A stretch of 61,500 bases of DNA, taken from contig LWCA01000070.1 in NCBI GenBank assembly GCA_001642005.1, positions 1-61,500 of the forward strand, in the 5' to 3' direction. Origin of the DNA: Intoshia linei (taxonomy: Eukaryota > Animalia > Orthonectida). Under the pieces are notes generated by a model, which was not told where the DNA came from, ran no database searches, and saw only the letters and a list, made by a program, of their open reading frames with translations. Shown piece by piece: positions 50,101 through 61,500 of the stretch (position 1 is its first letter; every line of letters begins with the position of its first letter). The translations under genes and the position numbers were made by a program.

Positions 50101-53100
50101 CTTAAGAAAATTAAATCTAAGTCATAACAAGTTCTCGACATTTGGATTCAAAAAAATAGCAAAATCGATAGGTATGTAAATTCTTATTGTTTAATTATTA
50201 ATTATAACTAATAATCTTATAAATAAAAACTAGCTTACCTGTATTGTACTTCGTACAAACAGCACATAGCTCTGCTGAGGGCGGACTTTTCTAATTCTAC
50301 CTAAAATATAATCTTAAAAAAAAATGTCACTATTCACTATTACCAATCTTCTAAAACAGGGGTGATCAACATTTTTTGATGGGATCGACTTTAAAATTTT
50401 TCAATAAGTGGCGATCGACTAATACAATTAAATGGTAGATTGACTAGAAAAATGTTTCTGATCGGAACCTATGTCAAAAAAATCGCCTTACGACATCCTA
50501 TAAAAAATTTATAACTAAATATTTTTAGTTTGATTTTAGAAAACATAAAAATTAAAATTCGAAATAATTCCAAGCATTTTCGCTGTATATTTAAAAATAT
50601 TAAAATCGGCAAAGTCTAGTCATTTTTAATTTTAACAACATTAACAATAAATTATAGACATCATTTTAATAACCAATATTAAAATTAATTAAATTAACAA
50701 ATAATAACAAATTAATTCTAATTTTTTAATTTTGGCGATCAACTAGAAAATTATCTGCGATCGACAGGTTGGGCATCCCTATTCTAAAGGAATGGTTCCC
50801 AAACGTGTGAATACAATTTTTTATTTTTAAATTCTATAATTATTAATTATATAAAATATGTTGTTTCACAGTTTGCGACACCTTAGACTCTAAGTAATAT
50901 ACATGCTTTAAATTAATTACGACTTAATTATGATCATATTACAAAAATAGACACATTTTTAGTAAATCAGCAAATTCAATGATAGAAAAATGTAAGTACA
51001 TTATAAATTTTAAGTTAAATTAATAATTAGAACAATATTTAAATATTAAATCTCCATGGTTACCTATAGTAAATGTTAAAGAAATATTTATGTACTAGAG
51101 AATATTTATGAGAACAGATTTATATTGTGTATAAGCGACAAATCATGCTAACGTTTATACATATAATGTATACTATATATATAATTTTATAGAATTAACG
51201 ACATCTTTATTGGAACTAAATTTAAGCTGGAATTGTATTAGAAATAAAGGAACAAAATATTTATACAGTGGTTTATTGGTATTTTTGCAACTTTAAATGG
51301 CAATATAATTATGTGTATATAACACAGTGTTCAACAATTTCAGACAGTTATTCGATCTCTTGGAATATTTTTATTTAGAATGAAAGACATTTTGACAAAA
51401 CCAATATTAAAAAAATTAGTTATTTTTATGAGCTACTTTAATATTTGAAGGGGCGTATTACTTAAAATAACTAATTTCCAGAAAATATATAACCAAAACA
51501 AATTATGTAGGAATTGTATATTTGAAACGAAAATTTAATAAAAAATTGTTACTTTTTAGATGTGAAATTAATGTACATTAGTGTAGTTCTGTTATGGCAT
51601 CTAGAATAGTGGTCACTTTTTGAATGTCTACTGTACTATAAAATGAACATAGTACAGAAAACCTGCCCAAAAATACCGAGCCCACACCGAGGTTTACTGT
51701 GATATTATATTATCATTATTTCTTTTAGTTATAACTTATAACTATCCATAGTCTGTTTATATTATATTATAATATAGAAAAATGAATCTATTAAAAAGCT
51801 AAATTTTTCCATGAACGGTTTTGGAATATGTGGCGGTATGTATATGGGAATGCTAATTTCAAATAATGAATTTATTACTCATTTAAATTTAAACAGTAAT
51901 AGAATTAATAGCGAAGGTGTAAAAAAAATTATTTCATCTATTAGTCAACTCAAGCAATTAACTAAATTGAAAGTTATCTAGAGTTATTTATTTTTAAATA
52001 TTAAATATTTAGTTGGCATACAATCCAATTACTCCATTTTCTGCAGCTGCTTTAATAACAGAAATTGAGTGCGTTGAATATTGTGTTCTGGATTATTTGG
52101 ACATCAGAGTAAAATAACGTACATAGGCATTATTGTCATTTAGGGTGTTCCTGTTTTTAACGATTTTTTATTGTCATTATCAACGATACAAATGAGAAAA
52201 CATAAATTTAAATGCAAACACGGATTGGTAGTGTCAAAATTACCTAATAAAATAGGGTATAAAGAAACAATATCGGATGTGAATCCTTTAGAAGTATTAT
52301 TAATATATATGACTCAGAAAAATATGCGCCTAGTTGATTTGTTTAAAACATTGGACAAAGACCAGAGTATGAGGTAAACATTATTATAGGAAGCTATTTT
52401 TACAGTTTTTCCAAGTCCAAGTTCCATTATAATAATTTATTAGTCTGTTTCAGACAATGGGTCCATCAATCCTCTGAGTCATGATAATTTTTGTTTATTG
52501 GGATCCAACAGAAATTTTATTTTTATTCTTTGTAATTGCAAGTTGCAATTATAACAACAAACGATCAGAAAATCCTATAAAATTTGATGACTATTAGGTT
52601 AATATTGTAAATTAGTTTTACGCTAACCATTTAATAAATTTAAGAAATAATAACTCAACTGCAATGAATATTAGCTCAACAATGGAACACATTATATTAA
52701 CATGAAAAAAAGATAGAAAAACTATATAATATATTATTTTTAGTTTGTCTAGAGATGAATTTATACAAGGTTTAAAGGTAATACTGTTGAACCGGTTTTA
52801 TCATTTTAAATTATATTTAATTACCAAAAAAAATTGTATGTAACATACTGATTAATGGGTTGTTTTCTGGTATTTTTCATATACAAAACATGACCACTAG
52901 GGTGTCACATTTGTTGGAAATCGTTAGCATTTGATGGGCAATTAGCATTAAATGTGTGTATTTTTAAAATAGAAAAACTATTTCGCAATTAAACATTTAA
53001 CGTTACATATTTGAGTTGCATTTGTCATTTGTCACATACAAATATTTCAAAATTTTATAATTATTAGAAGTGTAGAGATGTTAAGTATAAATTAAAACTG

Positions 53101-53758
53101 AACTTCATTAGATTGAATTCCGTTTCCATCTTTGTTAATTTTTTATGTGTGTTTTTGAAATGGTTAGAACCCTCTAAAAATCTAATAAATTCATAATTTT
53201 GTCAATACACTCAATTTTTACACACATTTTTATTTCGTAATCAACCCTGTTAACAACCACAAAATGAACTATAGTCAAATTTTAAAAAATATATAATAAA
53301 ACACGGGAAATATTTTATACAAATAAACACTGTATACTGTATATTATACACATTTTGTATATATTATAACAATGTACAACATACATTGTATAACGTAAAA
53401 ACATAATTTGATAAACTGTCCTAATGTTTGGAGGTAAAGACACTAAATTTTGGCGCATAGGCAGTTAAACCAATTATATAAATTTTATTAAAAAAGTATA
53501 GGATATTGAGACACCGCTAAGTCAAGATCAGTTGGACGAATTGATTGATATGCTTGATAAAGATAAAGATGGTGAAGTAGACTATCAGTATAATAATATA
53601 AAAAGTTTATAATATATGTTAGAGAGATCATGAACATTAACAAAGAATTCAGAAACATCAAATTGAAAGCTGTACGCAAAGTAACCGAAAACAAAAGAAA
53701 ACAAAAAGAATTAAAAGAAAGATTAAAAAGGCAAAAACTCCTCGAACTAATGCAATGA
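47104..53758 (+). CDS. LRRC74A: LRRC74A-like leucine-rich repeat protein with C-terminal EF-hands
   Basis: LYLKICKKCCVAP..HRYMGSNSIKPVAACL, then RNI-like LRRs (LRKLNLSHNKFS, LELNLSWNCIRNKG, IKKLNFSMNGFG, LNLNSNRINSEG), then NPLEVLLIYMTQKNMRLVDLFKTLDKDQSMSLSRDEF and LIDMLDKDKDGEVDYQE. Stop at 53758. A further upstream exon near 46835 is possible, and the A/B paralogue label is uncertain. Confidence 0.8.
50230..50810 (-). mobile_element. Helitron 3' end with a hAT MITE (50357-50781) nested inside
   Basis: ctagcttacctgtattgtacttcgtacaaacagc is the hairpin/CTAG end. The insert CAGGGGTGATCAAC..GTTGGGCATCCCTA has TSD TTCTAAAA/TTCTAAAG. The uninterrupted version is at about 7400-7435. Confidence 0.7.
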
Positions 53759-54625
53759 ATCACTAATAAACATTTATAACATTACATTATAATGGTATGA
53801 ATACGAGTATGACATTAATTAATATATTAGCCATTCTCAGTCATAAATTAAAAAAACATATAAATTTAAATTATATGCTACCATATTTATTTTGACGTGC
53901 ATTTATAGCGTCAGTATTTTTCTTATTGATTTGTCAGTATTGGTGATGGTTTGACAGTAGAAACATTGATTTTTCAGTATTGTAGATGGTTTGTCATTAT
54001 TTTAGGTGCCAGTTGACAAGGTATCAGTATAAATAATTTATTGTCAGTATTTAAATTGAATGTTCTGCATAAAATTAAAATGAAACTGACAAAAAATGCT
54101 TTTGTAAAATATATGGAAATAATAATTTGTTCTCATAAAAAAATATTCTCTGTTGTGAACACCATAGAATATTTCTTATTTTTTTGTAATATGGTCGCTA
54201 ACCATCCTTGATTCTTTGATGGGTGTGACACCCTAATGCACACCAGTATTTATATAGATGCACAATAGTGTTTATATCAGTGAACAACTCTAAATACTGA
54301 AAAATTAATTACTCCTCATTTATTTTTACGTTGTTTGTTAGTTTGATTCGTATATTTTCAGGATATTACAATATTATTATAGAACATTTAATATTAAGGC
54401 TTTATTAAGATATTATGACATAAAAATAAAATATACTACTAGTATATTTTAAAATACATTCTCAAAAGGAATGCATCATAACTACACCAATGTTGACTAA
54501 AAAAGTAATAACAGACATGGTAATGTTCAGAAAATTAAACTATCGAATGTGCGTATAAAATTTAAAAACATCAGTAAATTATTAAAATAATTAATTATTT
54601 GTGTTAATTAGAATTATATAATTAT

Positions 54626-56470
54626 TAGGGGTGTAAGTTTTTGCAATTTTTTTCGAAAATGCAAAAGTACACCCACAGACGTTAAGGAGCCGGTTAAGTA
54701 GTACACAATTAAAAAAAAATTAAAAAAGGATTAAAAAAACGTTGAGACTAAGCACTTCAAAATTTGAATAATTGAACATTATCATATTTCATATAGTAAA
54801 TTTCATAGTTATGAATAATCGTCATAACAATTAATTTTTAATTTTCGTGAAATCGGTTAAATTGAAGTTTCTTAACAGAATCTAAATAATTATCAAATCA
54901 GCATTTATACTTCGCTATAATGTACGGTTGTGTATTTTTGAAACTAATAATATAAGAATTGATCAATGGTAACCAATTAGAAATTAATTTTTCATATAAC
55001 ATGAATATATATTTATTTTTTTGAATTCATGTTTCAATAGCAAGATGTCTTTCATAGCAATCCAATACTTTACCATTGCATTTTGGTTTAAGCTTTTTTG
55101 TAGCAGTCAAATCATTTCTACATTGAAACCAAGCCGGTCCCCAATAATCTGCTATAAAATTACAGCTTTCACATAAATTGGGATCTTTTGTAAACATATA
55201 ATATTTGATAGCATATATAGCTCTAGAATTCCATCTTGCTTTGCATATTGGACCTGGAAGTTTAAATTTTATATTTGGATTATTGTTAGTTGTCTTGAAA
55301 TGTATATATGATTTGATTAACAATGAAAGTTCGCTATAATCGTTTTCGGTTCATGCGAGGATATTTCCAATCAGATACACCTAATGTTGTATAGTTAGAC
55401 TGTAAAACGTCAAATTGATCTCTCAGTGTGTTTATAAAATAATAATCCGAATTAGGAGAAGATGAGGTAGTTGGGAACATTTCTTCCATGTAATGATACA
55501 GTAACCTGTCAAGAACATGTAAACGACAAGGGTAATATATTTGGGAATATTACTTTTAAGCGACAAAAAACATCATTTTTGGATCTTGTATTTACAGCTG
55601 TTGTATCGCACATCACACTTTAATGTTTTCATGATTATTAAACTGATATATAACCTCCATTAAAACATTAAAAATTGTTTGGGATTTTTCATTTTTAATT
55701 ATTTTTAAGGCAATAATTCTACTAACTAATTCCCCTTTTACAGCAATTACCAAGTTATGTATATTTTTATAAGTTTTTCCGTCAAACATAATAAATATCC
55801 TGTACTATCCTGTTTAAGTGCATCAATAAGTTGTAAGTTGATTGTTTCAATTGAAGAGGATTTTATTTGTGCAGCTATCCGTGAAATTGATTTCATTGAA
55901 ATTCCAGTATTTTCTGAAATGCTTGCCCAATTCTTTTCCATTTAATATATTTGTTTTTTTGGGAACAGATGGGATGTAATTCAAATCATTCTCATATTTT
56001 ATTTCAGTATCAGAAAAATTTATAATTGGTTCGCATTTGCATTCCCGTTTTTCTGTTCTTTTTATTTTGGATGGATGAATATTAATCATTTCGACTATAT
56101 TTGATACTTTACCGATATTGCAATCTGTATCACTTTGTAATTGAAAAAACTTTTCATCTTCCATACAAATAAATAGATTGGTTTTAATGTCGAATAATTT
56201 TCTCCATGAATTTTTAATATTTAATATTTTCTGTTTTCCTCCTTTTTTTGTATTGTAATATTTATACATTTTAATGCAGGTATTGATTTTTCTTATAACC
56301 TGTCTTATATCTTGATGAGGAATACTACATTTTTTCCACAAATTTATTAATTCAGTAGCAATTATTTTAACAGTTGATACAGCCTTTTGATATTTTAATA
56401 AATAGTGATAGCGTCCTAAAATATCAGCATTTGTAGCAAAGTAAATGGCCAGAGGTGTGGGCAGTGTTTT
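54626..56470 (-). pseudogene. Frameshifted hAT-superfamily (hATm-like) transposase relic with one terminus
   Basis: Broken frames give TNADILGRYHY..LINLWKKCSIP, MCDTTAVNT (catalytic D), YYPCRLHVLD (CxxH) and PGPICKARWNSRAIYAIKYYMF. A TAGGGGTGT terminus is at 54626. The subfamily label is from recall. Confidence 0.75.
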
Positions 56471-57283
56471 TTAATATTAACATATACATATAAATATATA
56501 TTTAAAATTTGTTTAGGAAATTTTTTTGATTGTTAAAATTTTTGATTTGTACAAATTGTTTTATCGCTAAAGTGTAAATAGAAAGATAACCTTACAGTTT
56601 GGTTAAAAAAAAATTAAAAACCACCCCTTAAAGTTTGACTCAAAAAATTTTTCTAAAACACTCCTTAAAGATTGGTTCAAAAAAAAATTTCAAAAACACA
56701 AAATGAAAATATAAATGAAAATTTAACAACAATGAAAACACATTCTACGGCTTTATACTTTGTATAAATTCTATAGTATAGAATCTATACTATTATTCTA
56801 TAGCAGTGATTATATAACTTATATACATGGGGCGGAATAACTAAAAAAAATCCACGGGTCAGATGGAAAATATACATGACGATATTTTAAATTACGATTT
56901 AAAATTTAATTAAATTAATTTAAGTTAACGAATTAATAAGTTTCTCATGATCTAGAAGTGACAAGTCAATAGTATACATTTAAAATCTCATCACCGATAC
57001 ATTTTGTAATAAATTTGTAATTCGCGGGCCGTAGTTTGGTGGCCACTGTTCCATAGTATAATATATTGTAGAATCTCCACACAGTGTAACTTACACTGGT
57101 AGTTACAGTTGCCAATTGGTATCACTTCATTTCTATGAATATTGTCAATGATAACTTTATTTTAGAGTATTTGCAACATTACTAAGTAATAAACGTAATA
57201 TAGGAAATAAATTTATTACAATATAGAATACTATAAGGTTCTGGACAAGTAAAACATTATTGTTTTGATCAATACATAGATTA

Positions 57284-60200
57284 ATGGGAGCAGACGGAGG
57301 AAGCATTCCTGGTTTTAATATTTAAGTAATTATTTTAATTGTATCCAGGTAGACAAGATCTCGTACCAAAACGAACGGTTGCAGAAAAAGTAATTGTAAA
57401 TTAATAAATATATATGATTTAGAAAAATATTGAAGCTTGTATGGCTTCGAAGTGGAGATATTGCAGAATTTCAGGAAATATTCTGGAATTACCAATTGTT
57501 TCGTGTCAACTTGGAAAGTATTTATATGATTTTAATTCAATTTTCATACATATAAAAATAATATACAGTCAATCCTGTTTACCTCATGAACACCTTGCAC
57601 ATGGACATTTTTTATGTGAACATAATTTAAACATTTCAAATTAAAAAATGAACTTTAACATTTCAACTTGAATTGTTTTTTGTATATATTTTTCAGTGTT
57701 CATTATTGTTTCAATATTGGTAAATTATTTTCGGTTACCGTTTATTTAAAAAAAATTTCATTATTTTAATATACATTTTTGAGATATTGAAACAGAGTTA
57801 ATTTTGAATTAAATCGTTCTACACTCGTTGAAAGTAATAATTAGATTTAGTTAATATATTAGTATGACTAACAAATCTAATGTATGGAAACATTTTATTA
57901 AAAAAACACTGATGAAGCCAAGTGTTTACGTTGTAAAAAAATTTTTTATCATTTTACCAGTAACCGAAAATATTTACCGGTAATTTTAAAATGAGTACTT
58001 TTTCATATATTATATAGTTTTTGAGGTATGGAGTCCTGATTATTCTGAGATTGATTCAATATTTCATCAATTTTCACACTTATAACGCGTATACTAAAAA
58101 CCAACTGCGATCATAAATGAATTACTGACTTTTAGACCTTTCTAATGAATATTGTTTTTTTTAAAGATCGTGATCGTCTGATGCATAATTGAATTAATTA
58201 AATAATTAATGACAATTTTTTATACATTTGTAGACGTATATGTCTATCTATCAATTTTACCATTTGTAATATACAATATTTATTGTAAATAGACCTCACG
58301 GTGGAGTGTACCTCTTTAAAAAAAACTTTTACCCTTAATTAAATCCAAAGTCTATCTTTAAATTAATAATTTTTTTTTAAAAATAGATGTATACTGGTTC
58401 AGTTACATATAATAAAAGTTTCGGTCAGTTTGTCAAAATTTTGTTGGACAGTGTAATTGTATCATGTAGTGGACTAGACCTGTTCGTGATTTGGTTTGTC
58501 ACTGGTTTGAGACAATATAAACCATTTATCTTTTTATTAACAGATAAATTATTGTCTTGATAACAAGTTTTACAGTACAATATTTATTAGTAGGAAAAGC
58601 TCAATTATTTACAATTATACTGTGATGTTTTTATAAAATTGTATGAAGTACTGAATTTGGTAAAATTAACTATTTGATTGTTGTTGAATTGAAATAAAAA
58701 ATCAATGAATGATCTAAAAAATTCAAAATTGAATAAAAATAAATAAATTTAAATGGTTTAACTGGCTAATAAAACGATTAAACGGTTTGGTTTAAGTTAA
58801 ATGGTTTATGGTTCTGTAACCAGACCATGAACATGTCTAGTGTCGACATATTGATTTAAATTACATTTAAAGATTAAAAGTTTTTGAAGCGATTGGTAAA
58901 TGAGGGGAACGGGCATTTTCAGCTGCTGGATATTTTTTAATAAAAAGACAGTCAAGATTGTATCCTAATACTTTTTTGAATAATGCAATTTTTTTTAAAA
59001 ATCCTATTTTGCACCTGAAAGACTGAATAAATAAACTTTTTGTTTATAATGTTTTTGTCGTAGAAAGTATTCTAACTTGCTCTGAAATTGAATTCATTGG
59101 ATTTTACATTTCAAGGTTAAAAAATAAAAAATGTTTATCATTTCGACGATTCGAGGGAATTTTTTGACGTCACATCAATGTTTATTTTTGATTCTCATCT
59201 ATTGGTGAAAATTTTTATTGTGCATTTATGATTAAAAATTGTGTATATGTATTCCTACTCAATTCTTCATTGTAAAAGTAATTACGTTATTCTATTTAAA
59301 GACGATTTAAGCTATTCTTCAAGAAGTATTTACCGGTAGTGAAAATTTTATTTAGTAAATTACCGATAACGAAAAAATCGGTAAAATTGAAACACTTATG
59401 TTCTCTTACATAACACGATAATGAACACTAATAAAATTTGGTCCCTCGTGTTTATATTGAACAGGATTGACGGTCATTATGAGAAGATTTCTAATCCTTA
59501 ATTTCGTAGAATTTACAATAAAACTACAATATATGAAGAATTAATTAAAAAGCGTACAAATGAACTACATCATTTACCGATACATATAAAATCTACAAAA
59601 GTAATTATGTATTATAATAATAATTATAAAAATCTATCAACAAACATTTATTTTCATGTTGAATTCATTTAAAATTTAAATGACGTATAAATAATAGTTA
59701 TTTACACTACTAGTATTCATAATGTATATTGATTATTATTACAAAATGAGGTTTTTGTAATAAATGTAATTTTTTCAAAAAAATATTAGCACCATTCTTT
59801 TGACCATGTGATTTTAAATTTTATTTTTACTACACACCTAAGTTTTAAAAAAAAATGTGACACACTAATATACTGTGGCGGGCCGCAAATTATTTATTAA
59901 TTATTTTAATATTAAATAGAACATCAAGCAGTTAAATCTTACTAAAAATGAAATGTTTAATAAGGAAAAAATTAAATTTAATAAAAATATATATGATCGA
60001 TTCAAAGCTTGTAGGTTTAAATGTCCAATTACAAACATTGAAATGAATGGTATTAATGGGTAATTTAATAATGATTAATAACAATATTATGTTTAGATTT
60101 TTTTATTTGTGGACATGTGGATGTGTCATGTCATCAAAATTACTAAAAGAAATATCTGATAATGTTTGTTTTAATGTGATTATATCATTTTTTTATATTT

Positions 60201-60317
60201 AACATTTCATTTAGTGTAGTACAGAGTATTGTAATGAAGATGTTATCACATTAAATCCTTGCGCGGTTGTTGAAAAAAAATTATTAGAAAATATACATAA
60301 TAAAAAATTGAAAAAGG
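57284..60317 (+). CDS. RTF2: Replication termination factor 2 (RING-like), 3' end beyond the window
   Basis: MGADGGSIP|GRQDLV..|..KWRYCRISGNILELPIVSCQLGK|IYNKTTIYEEL..HIKSTK|NIKQLNL..RFKCPITNIEMNG..|FFYLWTCGCVMSSKLLKEI..VCFN|CSTEYCNEDVITLN. Colinear with human RTF2/C20orf43. Confidence 0.93.
58475..58839. mobile_element. hAT-like MITE in an RTF2 intron
   Basis: Imperfect TIRs TAGACCTGTTCGTG / CATGAACATGTCTA with many ggttt/aaacc subterminal motifs. TSD degraded. Confidence 0.5.
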
Positions 60318-60359
60318 TATGTAATGTTATTACCTGGGATTTCAAATTCATATTTAATA

Positions 60360-60801
60360 CAGGGTGTACCATTTAGAACAGTGCACTTGTTAAAGCATTT
60401 CATATTATGAGTGCACTGTCGAAATAAAGAACAAATCAACTGTATAAAAACAAGTTAATATTAATTTTTTGAATTAAAAATATAAAATTTATAAAAATTC
60501 CCCTTTAAATATAGAATCCCTAAAAACCAATATCATCAACAGTATTAACTTAATTAGCACTCAAGAATTATCTAATGTTTACAACAATTTCCTTAAACGC
60601 ATTGATTTATGTATCCAATCTGATGGTGGTCATTTTGAACATTTATTGTAAATTAAATAATTTCAAGTTTCTAAATTCTTCTTAAATACTTTAGATAAAT
60701 ATCCAAATAATTTTATTATTGAGTAAATTTAATTTTTTCTAGTGAAAATGTTTTTTGATAAACTTCTTATTTTCAAGTGCAGTTTTAAATGGTACACTCT
60801 G
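60360..60801 (+). mobile_element. Internally deleted Tc1/mariner element
   Basis: TA|CAGGGTGTACCATTTAGAAC..GTTTTAAATGGTACACTCTG|TA. It retains the transposase C-terminus RIDLCIQSDGGHFEHLL*. Confidence 0.85.
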
Positions 60802-61500
60802 TATAATAATTTTATATATAACAGGCATGTCCAATAGGGTGTCACATCAAATATTTTTTTTAAGAAATTCAAAAACATACCCAGTAGATTAGATGTAATT
60901 TGATAAAAAAAGACAATCCGATGACTAATTCGGAAAAATACTCATTAATGACTCAGTGTTGATCAATTAAGTAATTAACAAAAAATAACTGAATTTAAGT
61001 TTATTTTTTAATGTTTTTCTTAATTTTTTTTATAAAAAGTGAAATTCCTGCTTTGTTTGTGGAGAAAAATTAAAAATATTTTTTTTATAATTATTATGAT
61101 CATTTTGTTTTGGGGTTTAAACAATGTTTGTGGGATAAATAAATGTAGACACTTTTTTCAACTTTTTGAAAATGTTAATCTAATTTTAGGAGAGACCTTA
61201 AGGTAGTAATAATACAACCAAAATTTTATGTATCTTCAATACACTAATAAAATAAATGATTTTATAAATTTTAATCAAAATATATTATTCTAAACGATTA
61301 TGTTAAAATTTATTTAAAACCGTGACTATATTTTTAATTTCGTATTGTATTGTGGACAAATTTAATTCTCATTTATATTTTTAAGTAAAATTATGTGTAA
61401 CTTAGTGCAAAATGTTAATGCGCATTAATATTGATTATTAATCCGCATAAATTGTCGTATTTAAGCCTACTCCATAGTAAATTTCATCATATTAATAGAT

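Overview
This is eukaryotic (animal) genomic DNA, not prokaryotic. It is very AT-rich (roughly 20-25% GC by eye), with many 33-45 nt GT-AG introns and long introns filled with DNA transposons. The pattern fits a compact invertebrate genome such as the orthonectid Intoshia (inference only). Most entries in the supplied ORF track are single exons or noise, so I built gene models by hand-splicing. In order: the 3' end of an unknown coiled-coil gene (+), AXDND1 (+), a divergent Cys-rich eIF5A (-), HEATR1/UTP10 (-, with a ~5.6-kb first exon), SNF8/VPS22 (+), an EXOG-type SRGH nuclease (-), orphan minus-strand exons at 31-39.5 kb including an SQ/TQ cluster, an LRRC74A-like LRR/EF-hand gene (+), and the 5' part of RTF2 (+). 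Mobile DNA includes a non-autonomous Helitron family, many hAT MITEs with 8-bp target-site duplications, a hATm-like transposase relic, pogo/Tigger and Tc1/mariner relics, and a tRNA-derived SINE-like element. Best observations: the SNF8 and EXOG stop codons abut with zero intervening bases; the empty and filled alleles of one MITE insertion sit side by side across an assembly N; an 80-bp forkhead/X-box/forkhead spacer precedes AXDND1; and eIF5A has a remodelled Cys-rich C-terminal domain. I found no convincing wholly new multi-gene system. Homology calls come from recalled protein motifs, not from a database search.
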